Positions 51,141 through 64,000 of a stretch of DNA of 64,000 bases are shown here, piece by piece (within the stretch, counting starts at the first letter, position 1; each line of letters starts with the position of its first letter). The translations under genes were made by a program, and so were the position numbers. The stretch covers positions 12,338,001-12,402,000 of the forward strand of contig NC_043005.1 of the NCBI RefSeq assembly GCF_006345805.1, written 5' to 3'. Below the pieces are notes generated by a model. The model was not told the origin of the DNA. It made no database searches and was given only the letters and a program-made list of their open reading frames with translations. This DNA is from Octopus sinensis. Lineage: Eukaryota.

Positions 51141-54100
51141 CTTACTTCAGCAAATCTTAGCGTGAAAAAATGTTTCCGAAGTGGTATTATTATTATACAT
51201 TATCAAACCTATGCTGATACTAAGAGAGAATATTAACCACATCGTGAGAGAACGTATGACATGAAAAGCTCTTTCTAGTTTAGACAAGAATTTAGAAAAT
51301 TAAGGAGAGAAAAGGTTTGGGGGTTATCATTGACTCCCGTACATAACTTGAAGTGCATGTGATCGACATTGGAATGATGAAAGAAAAAAGTGCCTCGTTT
51401 ATTTTCCGTGCAGTCTGGGTGAAAACACCAATTTCCTCCATTTCTCAAAACTCATAAGATTAGACTCGACATACATTAAAGAAAATAAACAACCGAAATT
51501 TAATCTTCTTCTTTGACTGATTTATGTCAACATATACGGTCATCGCTATTTTTCCCGGATTTCCGATTGTTCTCCACCACACGAAAGCTGATGTTGACAA
51601 GCCGTGCTTACAATTCAAATTAAAAACTATTATAAGTAAACAGCAATGTACTTTGAAAAAAACAAATGTTGTCTTTTTTTTTATTAATAATGCTACATTA
51701 AAGAGCAAACACGTCAATTCTCTTTGTATAGACAAACGATAAAGTAGTGTAAGCTAAATAGCTAAATATATATACCAGAATATATATATATGTTGTTTTT
51801 CAAAGAAAAAGAACAGATGCCTAGGACACACCAACTCTAATCAAACACAAAACACCTTACTACCGCGAAGCAACAAAGGAACCTCGAAGTTGCCATTTGA
51901 TTTACTAGAAATAACAGCAAAATATCATTCAAAATTACATGTCGATTTCTTAATGTATTATCGGAAGAGTCTTATAAAATAACGAATTTCAAGATGCACG
52001 ATGACGCAGAGAATAATTTGAGCATCATGAGTAGAATGACCTTGATCATAAGTCTGCTAATTCAGAGCAGATCTCGGGATAATCTGCAACAACAACATTA
52101 AAGAGTAGATAACATTGTACGGAGGGGTAAAGCAACAGAACATTCTTATCTAACATGAAAATATAAAACGATCACACAAGTGGTGGTTATCACAATAACA
52201 GTTCATTGTTACACTGGTATATATGCCGAGCATATCACTGGTATTTATTATTATAAGGACACGGGATTGGTAAAAGCATATTCAACACTTGGTTAATGAA
52301 ATAAAGTTGAATATACCAGCGGTCTAAAAGCAGGCGGCTGATGTTTAGTATTCTTCATTATCGATAGAATTACACAAAGTAGGATGTTAGTTATATTTTC
52401 AAAAAACAAAGATGTCAGTAAGTTTAAGATATTACGGCCAATCTGCATACTCGTTTGACTATCGGATAGATTGCTTTGTGGTAACAGTTCTGGGTTTTTC
52501 TATCACGAGTTGAAACCTTACCAGATTCACCTTTCCCTTTCATCGTTTTGGTGTCTATCGATAAAATACCAGTCCTACGCTGAGATCGATCCCCCAGTTT
52601 CTCTCATCTTTTTTTCTATCTTTTTCTCTCTTTCTGGAAGAGACTGGACGTGTCCAAACTTGGAGATGGACCGGTTTCAACCAGATCGAAAGTGCGCAAG
52701 ACTCACTGCATGTCATGACGGCGCTCCAACGACTGCAGCAAGTAACAATAGGCCAATATTATGGCATAGCGTGGCGTATTTGAGGTGGAGGATGGAAATT
52801 ATTCATAGCAACAGGAGTGTGTCTAGGTTTGGGATAATACTATGCGAGTGAAATAAAAATTTATCGATCTTACTTTTTTATGTTATATTTACTTAATTGT
52901 TATCAAGTGTGTGTCTGATTTCTTAAGTGTGCGAAGAAATTCTTCAAATAAAGATTTGAATTATGGTGGAACAGAATATATGAAAAGTCGATACTGTATA
53001 AAATATCTCATTGTACGATACAAGATGGAATTTAATAAGGCAAAAAATGAAAAACAATAATCTGTAAGATATCTACTTGGACTAAGAAAAGATAGGGAAA
53101 AAAGACGAACTTAATGCAGTAAGAGAAAATATATGAAGTTATGACAAGTGTAGGTGCTATAGGGAAGAACGGCATATAAATTAAAATATAAAAGAACTTT
53201 AAGATAAAATTAGAATTGTTTTAGCTTAGTGGTAATTAATAAATTGGTGGAACGGAATTTATATTGCTTTTAAAAGTTCCTGCAACAAAACTGATACATA
53301 AACTGTCTGTGGATTGAAGAGTAATGCTTTGTATTGTTGTTAGCAGATCTATTGTAAACTGCAGGAAAGTGGAGGAATGTAATAGGTTTTTAGATATAAA
53401 ATTAATGTGAGTGATATTAATATTAACAAAATATAATCAAATACTCTATGATTGGGAACATACATTATTATTAAAAATAAGTATGTTATTAATATGCAGG
53501 AAAAACTGAAAATTGATCTCTGATAGAAACAGATTATTGAAAACTGCAAATTTTAATCACATGCTGCGACATATGAATCCTGATTTAATATTATAAATAT
53601 ACACGTTACTAACTTGTAAAATGTTGGGTGTTTTTTTCTAGAATAATAGAATGATAATGACACGCAATCTTTTTAGACGAAAAAGTACATTGCTACAAGT
53701 ATTATAATTGTAACTTAATGATATATTTCTGGTTTTCTGATATAAAAAATATGGTAGCAAGTATATTTTTCAGGAGGGGAATTATTATTAGCTTTTGGAA
53801 AGGAAAACGCGTCTCTTTTAGTACTTTCATTTTAAACTAGTTATTTACCACGTGGTTTGGTATTCATTGCACAGCTACAAAATCATGAGTTCGATTCCTG
53901 AACCAGGTAGCACGTTGGAACCATGAGAAATACCGTTTTATGCCGATTCATTCTACCCAGTGGTTGGTGAATATGTACTGCTACATATCTTGTCTTATCT
54001 TTTAGATCCGGAATGTGGAGCTGGATATAGAGTAAGTAAATCGAGATGGTATCTATGTCTTCTTACGATGATATAAGGATTTTAAATTATTACAAAACAA

Positions 54101-54323
54101 TGGTATATGTTATTAAACCATATTTACTCGGAAATCGCGGCTGGCTATAGTATTCTATACAGATTTTGGATCGTCGTTGGTTTCAGAAACTGAAGTGAGC
54201 TAAGAATAAATGGACAGGGCTAAAATGATTAATAACTGTAAACACGTAATGAATCTGTATCTTCCCTGAAAGCCCATGTAAGTATATATAGTATTGCATT
54301 ACATTTTAAAAATACAATGGTAG

Positions 54324-55340
54324 GGAACTTTACCTTTTGACCGGCAGATTTAGAAAATAATTTTTTGTAACTAAACACTTTCAAACTTCGTATACTGGTA
54401 GAACGTGTCATATAAAACATGTTTTACTCTTAGCGTTTTTTGTGGAAAGTTTATGTTTACGAAGTTATTTCGTGTTAAAGTTCTCGTATTTCGGTAATTT
54501 CAACTAATCAATGACGTGTATTCAGCTGAATAAAATTATTGCTGTTGTTTGTCAACAACAACTTCCGGCGGTGTATATTTCGTTTGTCACTGTTATTTAT
54601 GGCATATTTCATCTTAGTTATGTTTGTATGAATAAACGAGTGTATCTGAAGCATGTTTACTTCATGGCACTACCATAATCGTTTGTGCATTTCTATTGCT
54701 TTTAGCTATTTTTCTTGTTTTTCAGCGACTATTTTCGGAAAGACATTTTTGCCCTACCTACCCCTACCCCTCCAATTTCTTCATTTTTCATTTTTACCGT
54801 AACTCTTACCCTAAAACCCCAAGTCTAACCCTTACCCTAAAGCCTTAACCCTAACCCTAACCCTAAAACCCTAATCCTAACCCTAAAACTCTAACCCTAA
54901 CCCTAACTCTAAACCTAAAACCCTAACCCTAAAACCCTAACCCTAAAACCCTAACCCTAAAACCCTAACCCTAAAACCCTAACCCTAAAACCCTAAACCT
55001 AACCCTAACCCTAACCCTAGAACCCCAACCTTAAAGCTAAAACCAGTACAAACGCACGAACGATGTCATAAATAACAATGACAAATGAAGAATACACCGC
55101 CGATAGTTGTTGACAAACAACGACAGTAATTTTATTCAGCTGAATACACGTCATTGATTGGTTGAAATTACCGAAATACGAGAACTTTAACATGAAATAA
55201 CTTCTTAAACATAAACTTTTCTCAAAAACGCTAAGAGTAAAATATGTTTATATGACACATTCTACCAGTGTCCGAAGTTTGAAAGTGTTTAGTTACCAAA
55301 AAATTATTTTCTAAATCTGCCGGTCAAAAGGTAAAGAACC
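54324..55340. mobile_element. Foldback (Mutator-like) non-autonomous element carrying a telomere-like array
   Basis: ~280-bp imperfect TIRs (54324-~54605 and ~55063-55340) starting GG; 9-bp flanks CAATGGTAG/CAATGATAG; (CCCTAA/CCCTAAAA)n at ~54810-55035. Confidence 0.85.
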
Positions 55341-57640
55341 CAATGATAGATATACCAAAATGACTGGGGCACGGGGAGAAGAGGGACGAGTAAAGAAAAC
55401 ATTAAGAGAAAATTAAGTTTTAAATTTAATGTTACGAGTAAATGTAGAGACTAACAAAAGACTCTGTGGGTGTGTGTGTGTGTGCGTGCGTGTGTGTAAA
55501 GTGTGATGAAAATCTTTTAAGAGATTAAGAGGTACATTGCTATTATGATGGGTGGATATGATGTAAATGAGATAGTTTCTTATAATGAACACATCATAAC
55601 GTACACAATTCTTTTAAAGGGTTTTATAGTTTTGATTATTCTGTCTAGATAGATGCTAATGCACACAGAACAGCGGTTGCTTGCTAGCACTTTTTGTGAA
55701 TCTGTTTTCGTATATTCTGATTGTATATGGAAACTGTTATCGGTTGTAACATAAATCTGAGCTGAGGAACTATCTTCCCTTTTCAGCTATAATTAACGTT
55801 ACTTTTAAAATTCCATATGAATATTATTAACGCAGTTTTATTTCTTGTCATTGCAAAATGAATTCGTTAATTGTATGTTAACTGAACCTATATGGATAAG
55901 CAGTGCTATTTCTGTTTATTGTTGCTTGATATATAGAATACCTTAAACTTAATATTTATTAACTGCAGGTAAAATAAACATCGGTGATGCTTTATACCAT
56001 CCAGAAACACAAAAGTCTTGTAAACTATTTTAATATATACATCGCAATTATAAGGAATACCACCCGTATCAACAGTATTTGTCTGAGGGCAACAAGTGTT
56101 TCGTCCCCTAGCGTATTTGTTTTATCCGAGTGGGAGAACAAGAACCGTATAAATCTTCACCTGCAAAAGGGTTCCATCTGCGCGGTCTCTTATTCACCAC
56201 AACCACTTTGAGCTGGTTTCAGCTGTCTTGTATTTCTCCTTTGTGGCTTTCTTCAACAGTTTTTGTACCAGACCAATCTTCTTCCGGACATAGTACGCCA
56301 ATCCTGCTGGAAAACTGCGACAGCTGACTTCCGTATGGAATGAGGGTCTGTGCTGTCCCTTGATTAGTGTCTCGTCGACCAAAATCTGAAATTAATGTTC
56401 TTCAGCTGGTGAAAAGTGTTGAGTCTGTTGTCTCAGAACACTAAGTTCAATCACGATGACGGTTTTGTACTATTGAAAAGCAAGAACGATGATCAGCTGG
56501 ATTCTGTTCGAAAGAAATTGTAGCTATGTAAGAGATTATAAATAATAAAATTGTTTTTTTTTTGTGGTGGGGGGAGTCAGATTAATAACATACGTATTCC
56601 TAACTTGAACGAAGAACGCAAGTATATAGCTTCTGATTATAATTTAGAACACTTGCTTATAAGACACTATTTCTTTAGAGATACGATACAACACATCTGC
56701 TAACTACAACATTCAATATTACTCAGTAGAGAAAAAGAGAGGGAGAGTGAAAGAGATAAGAGAGACAGAGAAATAGATCATCTAACAGTTTTCTTGCAGA
56801 CGGCTTCTAATATAAATATCATAAACTCATCAGCCATCATTGATATTATCTATAGACATTTTACTTTATCTTAATTAATACATACTATTGTGCTTGTAAA
56901 ACCTGCGCAGCATAGTCTCTCATATTTCATCTTTCTATTTCATTAAGTCCCTTCCTTACATGACACCTAAATTTGTCTCTTATAAAATATTGAATTTGTT
57001 ATACTTATATTCTCTCGCAGTTCCAACAATTACATACCTTACATAGTATCGACTATTCTTATTAATTTGTCTTTCATGATAATTTTAACAATCGTCTTTG
57101 TACGCACAGCAATACACGTAAATAGCAACTGAGCAAAACTTTATAAAACAATATGAATTGCTATTGAGATATATATTTAGTTGCCTGGTTTAAAATTGCA
57201 ACAAACTTAGACACTCTACCTATATGCTGCCCCTATTTTCATTATATTTATTTTCAATATACCACTAGCTTTCACTATTTTGAAGATTTAGAAATTTCCG
57301 TCTACAACGAGAAATATAAAACACATACCCTCACTACTAATTTTCGATATCTGCTTGTAATATAAAGAGCAGTTCATTGATAGTATAGCGCGTTGAAGAA
57401 ATTATGTCTCATATTTCTTCTTGAACTTTCCGTTCTGAGATCAAATCCTGCGAAGATCAATATCCGCTTTTTATCTTTTATTGAGAATTGAAATAAAGAA
57501 CCAGTCAAGTACTGAGATTGATATCATGATATAGCTTCAAATTTACTGGCATTGAGCCTAATTTAGAAGTTATTAGTTATGCTTATGTTATCGACTTTTC
57601 GTTGATAGTTATTTCGAAAATAATAATTATATATATATGC

Positions 57641-57937
57641 TGAGACTCCCTTCGGTCATGACTGACCATAGGATTGCACCTAGAAAGTTACCTTCCCAGG
57701 CACGAGTCTGGGCAAGGTTTTTTATGGAAGACCAGCAGTCGCCCATGTATACCGGCCTCCCCTCTCCACGCTACTAGTGTTATCCAAGGAAAGGCAACAG
57801 CAGATACAGGTGAGTGAACTGGAGCAGCTTGTTGTGTTCTTGAGCAAGAACACAACAAGCAGCCTGTTCCGGGATTCGAACTCACAACCTCACGATCGTA
57901 AGATCGACACTCTAACCACTGAGCCATGCGCCTTCAC
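57641..57937 (-). mobile_element. tRNA-derived SINE (24659 family)
   Basis: Reverse complement GTGAAGGCGCATGGCTCAGTGGTTAGAG...GAGTTCGAATCCC; tail GGTCAGTCATGACCGAAGGGAGTCTC. Confidence 0.85.
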
Positions 57938-57941
57938 TACA

Positions 57942-58089
<148 letters not shown>

Positions 58090-58233
58090 GTTTATTTGCC
58101 TTGTTCATTTGCGCTTTTAGTAGTGCTAACTTTCAACGGAAACATTTATTTTGTGGCTGAAACCTTGCGGATCTATTTTTAGTGCTAGAGTAGACCACAT
58201 GGTGGTCACTCTCTTATATTTATATATATATAC

Positions 58234-58280
<47 letters not shown>

Positions 58281-58365
58281 GATATATGTACATATATATA
58301 TGCATATTTATATATGTATATATATGTATATATATACATATGCATATATATGTATATATATATGC

Positions 58366-58397
<32 letters not shown>

Positions 58398-59074
58398 TGT
58401 GTGTATATATATAGTTTGCTTTTATTTCTCTTTAATTCAAATATTAAAAAATAAGCCGGTTATTCTTCCATAATTTAGCTTTCAACAAACATAAAAACAT
58501 TTACATATCTGACTCTACGTCATTATAAATTGATAATATAGTCTTTTTTAACTAACTAATTATTTGCTCTAACGAAATATCTCTCGTTAATATATAACGC
58601 TCCCTTTGTCTCAATCCATTTATTAACTCCGAACAATATGATGAAATACAAATAGACCGTTGTACAAAATCTGTGTTCTCTTCAAAGATAAATTACTTGA
58701 AGTACGTTATGTAGAAGACCATCTAATGCATCACCAGGTGGAGACTGAGAATTTCTACGATAAACTATGTGAAATAAACAATAATCTCATACAAAGATTT
58801 AAGTCTTATTAAACCTACTTCTAACTAACCTTCCTTTGAATGATATGATATGTTAATGAATATATGATATGTTAATGATATGTTAATATGATATGAATAT
58901 ATATGTTAATAATATGTTAATATGATATGAATATATATGTTAATGATATGTTAATGAATACTGTAAAGTTCAGAAGATTCATCAAGGAATTTCGAGAGAA
59001 ATAAAATGCCTAATTACAACTCGTGATATCATAAAATATATGATCATTCGATACTCCTAAAAAAATCCTTAGGA

Positions 59075-59240
59075 CTGCGTGGTAAGTAGCTTGCTTACCA
59101 ACCACATGGTTCTGGGTTCAGTCTCACAGCGTGGCACTTTGGGTGGGTAAGTGTCTTCTACTATAGCCTCGGGCTGACCAAAGCCTTGTAAGTGGATTTG
59201 GTAGACAGAAACTTAAAAGAAGCCCGTCGTGTATATGTTT

Positions 59241-59272
<32 letters not shown>

Positions 59273-59585
59273 TTGTGTGTCTATGTTTATCTCCCCACCA
59301 TCACTTGACAACCGATGTTGGTGTGTTTACGTTGGTGTGTTTACACAATATATATATATATATATATATATACGTATGTATGTATATATGTATGTATGTG
59401 TATATAATTTTGTGTGTCTGATTGTTCCCCACAATCGCTTGACAACCGATGTTGGTGTGTTTACGTCCCCGTAACTTAGTTGTTCGGTAAAAGAGACCGA
59501 TACAATAAGTATGAGGCTTACAAAAAATAAGTTCTGGGGTCAATTTGTTCGACTAAAGGCGGTGCTCCAGCCTGGCCGCAGTCAA
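59075..59585 (+). mobile_element. SINE with internal microsatellite and internal duplication
   Basis: 27176 family; the TTGACAACCGATGTTGGTGTGTTTAC block occurs twice. Confidence 0.85.
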
Positions 59586-61562
59586 ATAAAAAAGAAAAAT
59601 GAATACACTAAAAAAATATAACAAACTAAACGGTCTCACAAAAGTATACATGCTGTTTTTAATGGCATATTTTAAAAAGCAAAACACATAGACACTAAAT
59701 AAGTCTTTAGAAATAATAGATGAAACAGTACAGTAAATGCACAAATATCATTTAAAAATAGGAGGAATATTATCAGGATTATACTTAAGTATATTTTCCG
59801 ATGTAATACAGGTTGTTTACAATTAAACAGATTTATAAAAAATATCACGATTTACTGCAATGGTGCCCACTCCGGGGTAGGTGCGAAGGTAATGTTATGG
59901 TTCTCACTAGAAAAAAAAAAAGGAAATATTATGTAATCAGATGAACTAGTCTAAAGTTTGATGTAGTGAAACTGCTTCTAAAAATATTTTTGCTCTCTGG
60001 AAAAAACGTCACTAATAAAATATTCATTACAAAATTATTTAGAAAATTTATAATAAAATTTCCTACATACTCCACATGATTTAGTAGAAAGTAGTCTATG
60101 TTGTAATGCCATGTGTACAATTCGAGGATAATATACCCCCGCTGACCACTCTCCAGATCCTTTCAAATTAGTAATGAACTTTGCCCTTCCGACTTGATTA
60201 AAAGACAAAATCATTTTACATATTACGCTTGAAGAAGAGACGCCTATTTATTTTGTCAGTAAAATCCACACAAATAGACAAACAATTATATATAATGCAG
60301 CTCATGTGACTTTAATCTACTTTCGACGTCCCTTTCATCTTTTTTATTTCTTCATAAATTTGATACTGATCTGAAAATCCGGCTTCAATATATTCATTTT
60401 AGGTACCATACACGCGTAGATAAGTACATTGAAATCGCAATGCTTAGCTGTGCTCCATTTTCTTCGAAACCCAAAGATATGCTTTGCTATGGTCTCAGTA
60501 TAAAAATCTGTTTGTAAACTGCACTTATAATTACTAACTTTACTTTCGTAAGCACCCATTTTATAATAACAACCGTTTATCATAACGCTATGATGCGTAT
60601 ACATGTAATAACGAATTCGATTTTCTGTTACACACCTTATTAATACAAAATACAATTTATTTTAATGTTCTGACGCTACGAAAAGCCATTAGATATTTTT
60701 GCAAAATAATAATGTATATAATTCAAATTTTAAACCAATTTCGTAAGAAGATACGGTTTCATTTGAAATTAGGTAATATTGATAAAACTTGTGTCTAAAT
60801 TCCTAATAATTCTTCAACCATAAGAACCGTAACAGCTTTCTTACGGCACTACTTCTAATCACCACGTACGGCATAACTCAAAATTGTAAAGAGATACACA
60901 TAATGCCTGCCAATTACCTTGGAAGAAGCTACTAAAATAAATATTAATACCAGTAATCTATAAATCACTTAAATTAAATTATTCTAATTTTGTTCTTTTT
61001 TTAATTATATTTAATTGATGAGATATTTTACATATAAATCCTACACTTAACCTATATTATAGACTTCCAATTACTACTTCATTAACTGTATCTTAGATTG
61101 TTTAACTCGGTAAATCATGAACATATTTCTATTCAAATTCTTCCTTGCGTCCTTCAATTAGATATATTATGAAATATCATCATATATTTATAATTTTCTA
61201 TCTCATCATAAATTAAATACTTATTTTCAGAATTTATATCAGTACAGTTAACAACTCACACACAAACAATGTAGCAAAATTTTATTATGAAATTAAAAAA
61301 AAAACTATGTTTATGTGAAACTGACTCAATAGAAATTACCACAAATCTATGAATTCTTCTTTAATGGCGAACTGTATGACAGTTACATTTGAATTCTATT
61401 CATTTTAAAACTAATGACATTTTCAATTCTTCAAGGAATAAAGTCAACATACGTCATAATTAACACATTTCAATCAATAATCAGACGTACATTACCCACC
61501 CTATTTTTCTAGCTAATACATAAACACCTCTAAAAATTATTTTTATTGTGTTTCTTTCTCTC

Positions 61563-61795
61563 GACATGCCAGGCTCACGAGGGCCGGTTTCGAGATTTCA
61601 GAGGCGCATATATTCCCCACCTGGACGGGACGCCGGAACATTGTAGGATTACTCATTTTTGCTAGCTGAATAGCCTGGAACAACGTGAAATTAAGTGTTT
61701 TGCTCGAGAACAAAACGCGTTGTCCGGGCCAGGAATCGAAACCACAATGTTAAGATCATGCGTCTAACACCTTAATGACTAAGCCACACGCCCTC
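61563..61795 (-). mobile_element. Degenerate SINE
   Basis: CTGGACGGGACGCCGG block and Pol III head on the minus strand. Confidence 0.65.
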
Positions 61796-61815
61796 ATCCT
61801 CTAAATATAAAATTA

Positions 61816-63030
61816 TCAGGCTATCCCATATGTTCTGTCCGATTTTACCTTTTCTAAAATTAAATGAAATTTAATTGTATTTTAGAATGTCTAATGGGAT
61901 AAAAAATATTTTTCTGCATTTGTTTACATTTAAACTAATTAAATATTATTTTACAGATTAATAGAATTAAAATTAAATTTCTAATATGGATGTATCCAAA
62001 GACCATTTGAGGCACATAATGCTTTAAGAGTACAAAAAAGGAAACTCTGCAGCTGAAGCGACTCGACACACACTCAGTTTATGGGAAAGAATGATTGAAT
62101 GAAAGAACTTGCAGAATATGGTTTGCAAAATTCAGAAGTGGAGATTTCAGCCTTGAAGATGAAAAATGAACAGGACGTCCAGCTGAGTATGATGATAAGC
62201 TCCTTGAGGCATTACTTGAAGAAAATCCTGCATGATCAGTTGAAGAATTGTCAATAAAGCTTAGTTCAAATCATACAACTGTTCATCGTTATTTTCAACA
62301 ACTTGGAAAGGTTTCTAAACTTGGAAAATGGGTCCGAAAGCAACCGCAAATCCCGAATTGACATCTACTCTTCTCTCCATTCTCGCGAACTCATTTCAGC
62401 CTTTTTGGATAGACTTGTAGCTGGTGACGAGAAATGGATCTTCTATCGAAATGTTAAACGTCGTAAACAGTGGCTTGGTAAAAAGGAAAAAGCTCAACCA
62501 CAACCGAGAAGAGAAAAAGTTTCTTCTCTCTATCTGATGGGATTGCAAAGAAGTAATTAACCTCGAATTGTTACCCTTAATACAACAATCAATGCTGAAG
62601 ACTATTAGAGCGTTTGAACTAAGCTTTGAAGAAAAAAAGACCTGCTTTAGTGAATCGGAAAGGAGTGATGTTTCATCAGGACAATGCGCGTCCCAACACT
62701 GCAATATCCAATATCACATCACAGAAGATCGAAGAGCTTGGCTGGGAAAAACTTCCTCATCCCCTTTATTCTTCCGACCTTGCTCCTTCAGACTACTATT
62801 TGCTTCGTAGTTTACAGAATCATTTGGGGGGCATATATTTCGCAAACCAGGCGGTCGAAACTGACATTTCAGAGTTCTTCGCTTTGAAACCAAAAGAGTT
62901 TTACATTGATGGGATTAAAAAGCTAGTAAATAGATGGAAGGAAACCATAGGTAATCAGGGAAAGTACATTAACATTTGATCACTTGTTTTCTTTATTCAA
63001 AATCCGGACAGATCTTATCAGATGGCCTGA
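61816..63030 (+). mobile_element. Near full-length degenerate mariner transposon
   Basis: TA-flanked TIRs TCAGGCTATCCCATATGTTCTGTCCG / CGGACAGATCTTATCAGATGGCCTGA; motifs LVAGDEKWIFY, FHQDNARP, LPHPLYSSDLAPSDYYL; stops and frameshifts. Confidence 0.92.
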
Positions 63031-64000
63031 TATAATTCTACTATAAGGCTACAAACCACTGACTGGGAACACTGCTACTGCTTAGACGTGAGAATCAGTG
63101 GCTACAGATTGCAACTAACAGAGAGGACATTGAGTATTGTTTGCTGAAACGGATTAATTTTTTCCGTTACAATTTCAGGTATTAAGATTTCTGTAAACTC
63201 CATATCAGTATAAGTAAATTTTATGGAGGTCTCAGAAAAGTATACGAACTAATGGAGTATTAACTACTAGTGTGCTACAATGAGGCCTGCTGGTGCTAAT
63301 AAACTAATGGTTCAGTTTTCCTATTTGATTTTTTTCCAGTTTCAGCTTATGAGCTGTGGTCTGGAAACCAGTGTCTATTGGTATGTGTGGGGTAATATTC
63401 ATAGAAATTTGTCAAGAATTGTTCAAAATTATAAAATAACGTGCCTCATTTCTGGCAGTAGAAAAACAACAGGTTTTTTTATTATAGACAATACAGCCGG
63501 CTTTTGCAATACGTGCCGTTCTGTCACAGCAAAAACAATATTTCTGCAGTAGTTATGTAGGGAATGATCCAGAATATTTTGAGTGAAATCATTCTACGCT
63601 CCCGGGATCTCGGTATAAAACTTGATACGGAAGCAAGATTCTCAGTACCCGTAACTAGAAGGAATGTAATTGTTCAGTAAAAGTTTATTTAAGTCCTATG
63701 TAGCTCCTTGAGAGTTTTTCCGGTGAAATGAGAGTCGCTCTATAGAGCACTTTGGAAACACAGATTCCTCTCAATAGCAAGGTGATTTAACAGGCAGATT
63801 CTGGAGGTAAAGATGGTGCAGGTCTATGACTATCTCTGTTAAAACGTGCAATATTGAAAATTATAATGCCTTGGCAAGAATAACTCACATTAACCTTATG
63901 CACTTTACGAAGCTTTTAATAATTGTAGGTGATTAGGATATGTTGAACAATTACGGGTTGAAAGTTTCCATTAATGTTCCTCGTGATATCTAAATTCAAT

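Noticed and set aside
54810-55035. True chromosome end
   Set aside because: The array is degenerate and internal to a TIR-bounded element, with ordinary DNA on both sides.

Overview
AT-rich, repeat-dense eukaryotic DNA. The SINE, LINE and microsatellite content points to a coleoid cephalopod, most likely Octopus (inference from repeat style, not from a search). No intact host gene is recognisable, and most ORFs in the track are microsatellite artefacts. The window holds many tRNA-headed SINEs, decayed Tc1/mariner elements, a Chapaev-like transposase relic, hAT, Helitron and foldback non-autonomous elements, two families of RLE-type LINE fragments and Penelope-like (GIY-YIG) remnants. The strongest unexpected signal is a set of at least seven type-I hammerhead-ribozyme motifs, read by eye, at ~25.0-26.5, 28.6, 29.1, 37.7 and 41.2 kb, plus a decayed one at 11.8 kb. 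Most have short self-complementary or near-palindromic stem III elements and sit at (TA)n tracts, and several are in inverted pairs. They fall into two unusual classes: minimal motifs with a CCGA(C/T)GA core (U4C), and canonical-core motifs with a 43-72 nt insertion in stem II. A second theme is microsatellite partitioning: one RLE LINE family and a discrete ~550-bp element sit in (TAA)n, a second RLE family sits in (CATA)n, and the hammerhead/Penelope-like units sit in (TA)n.
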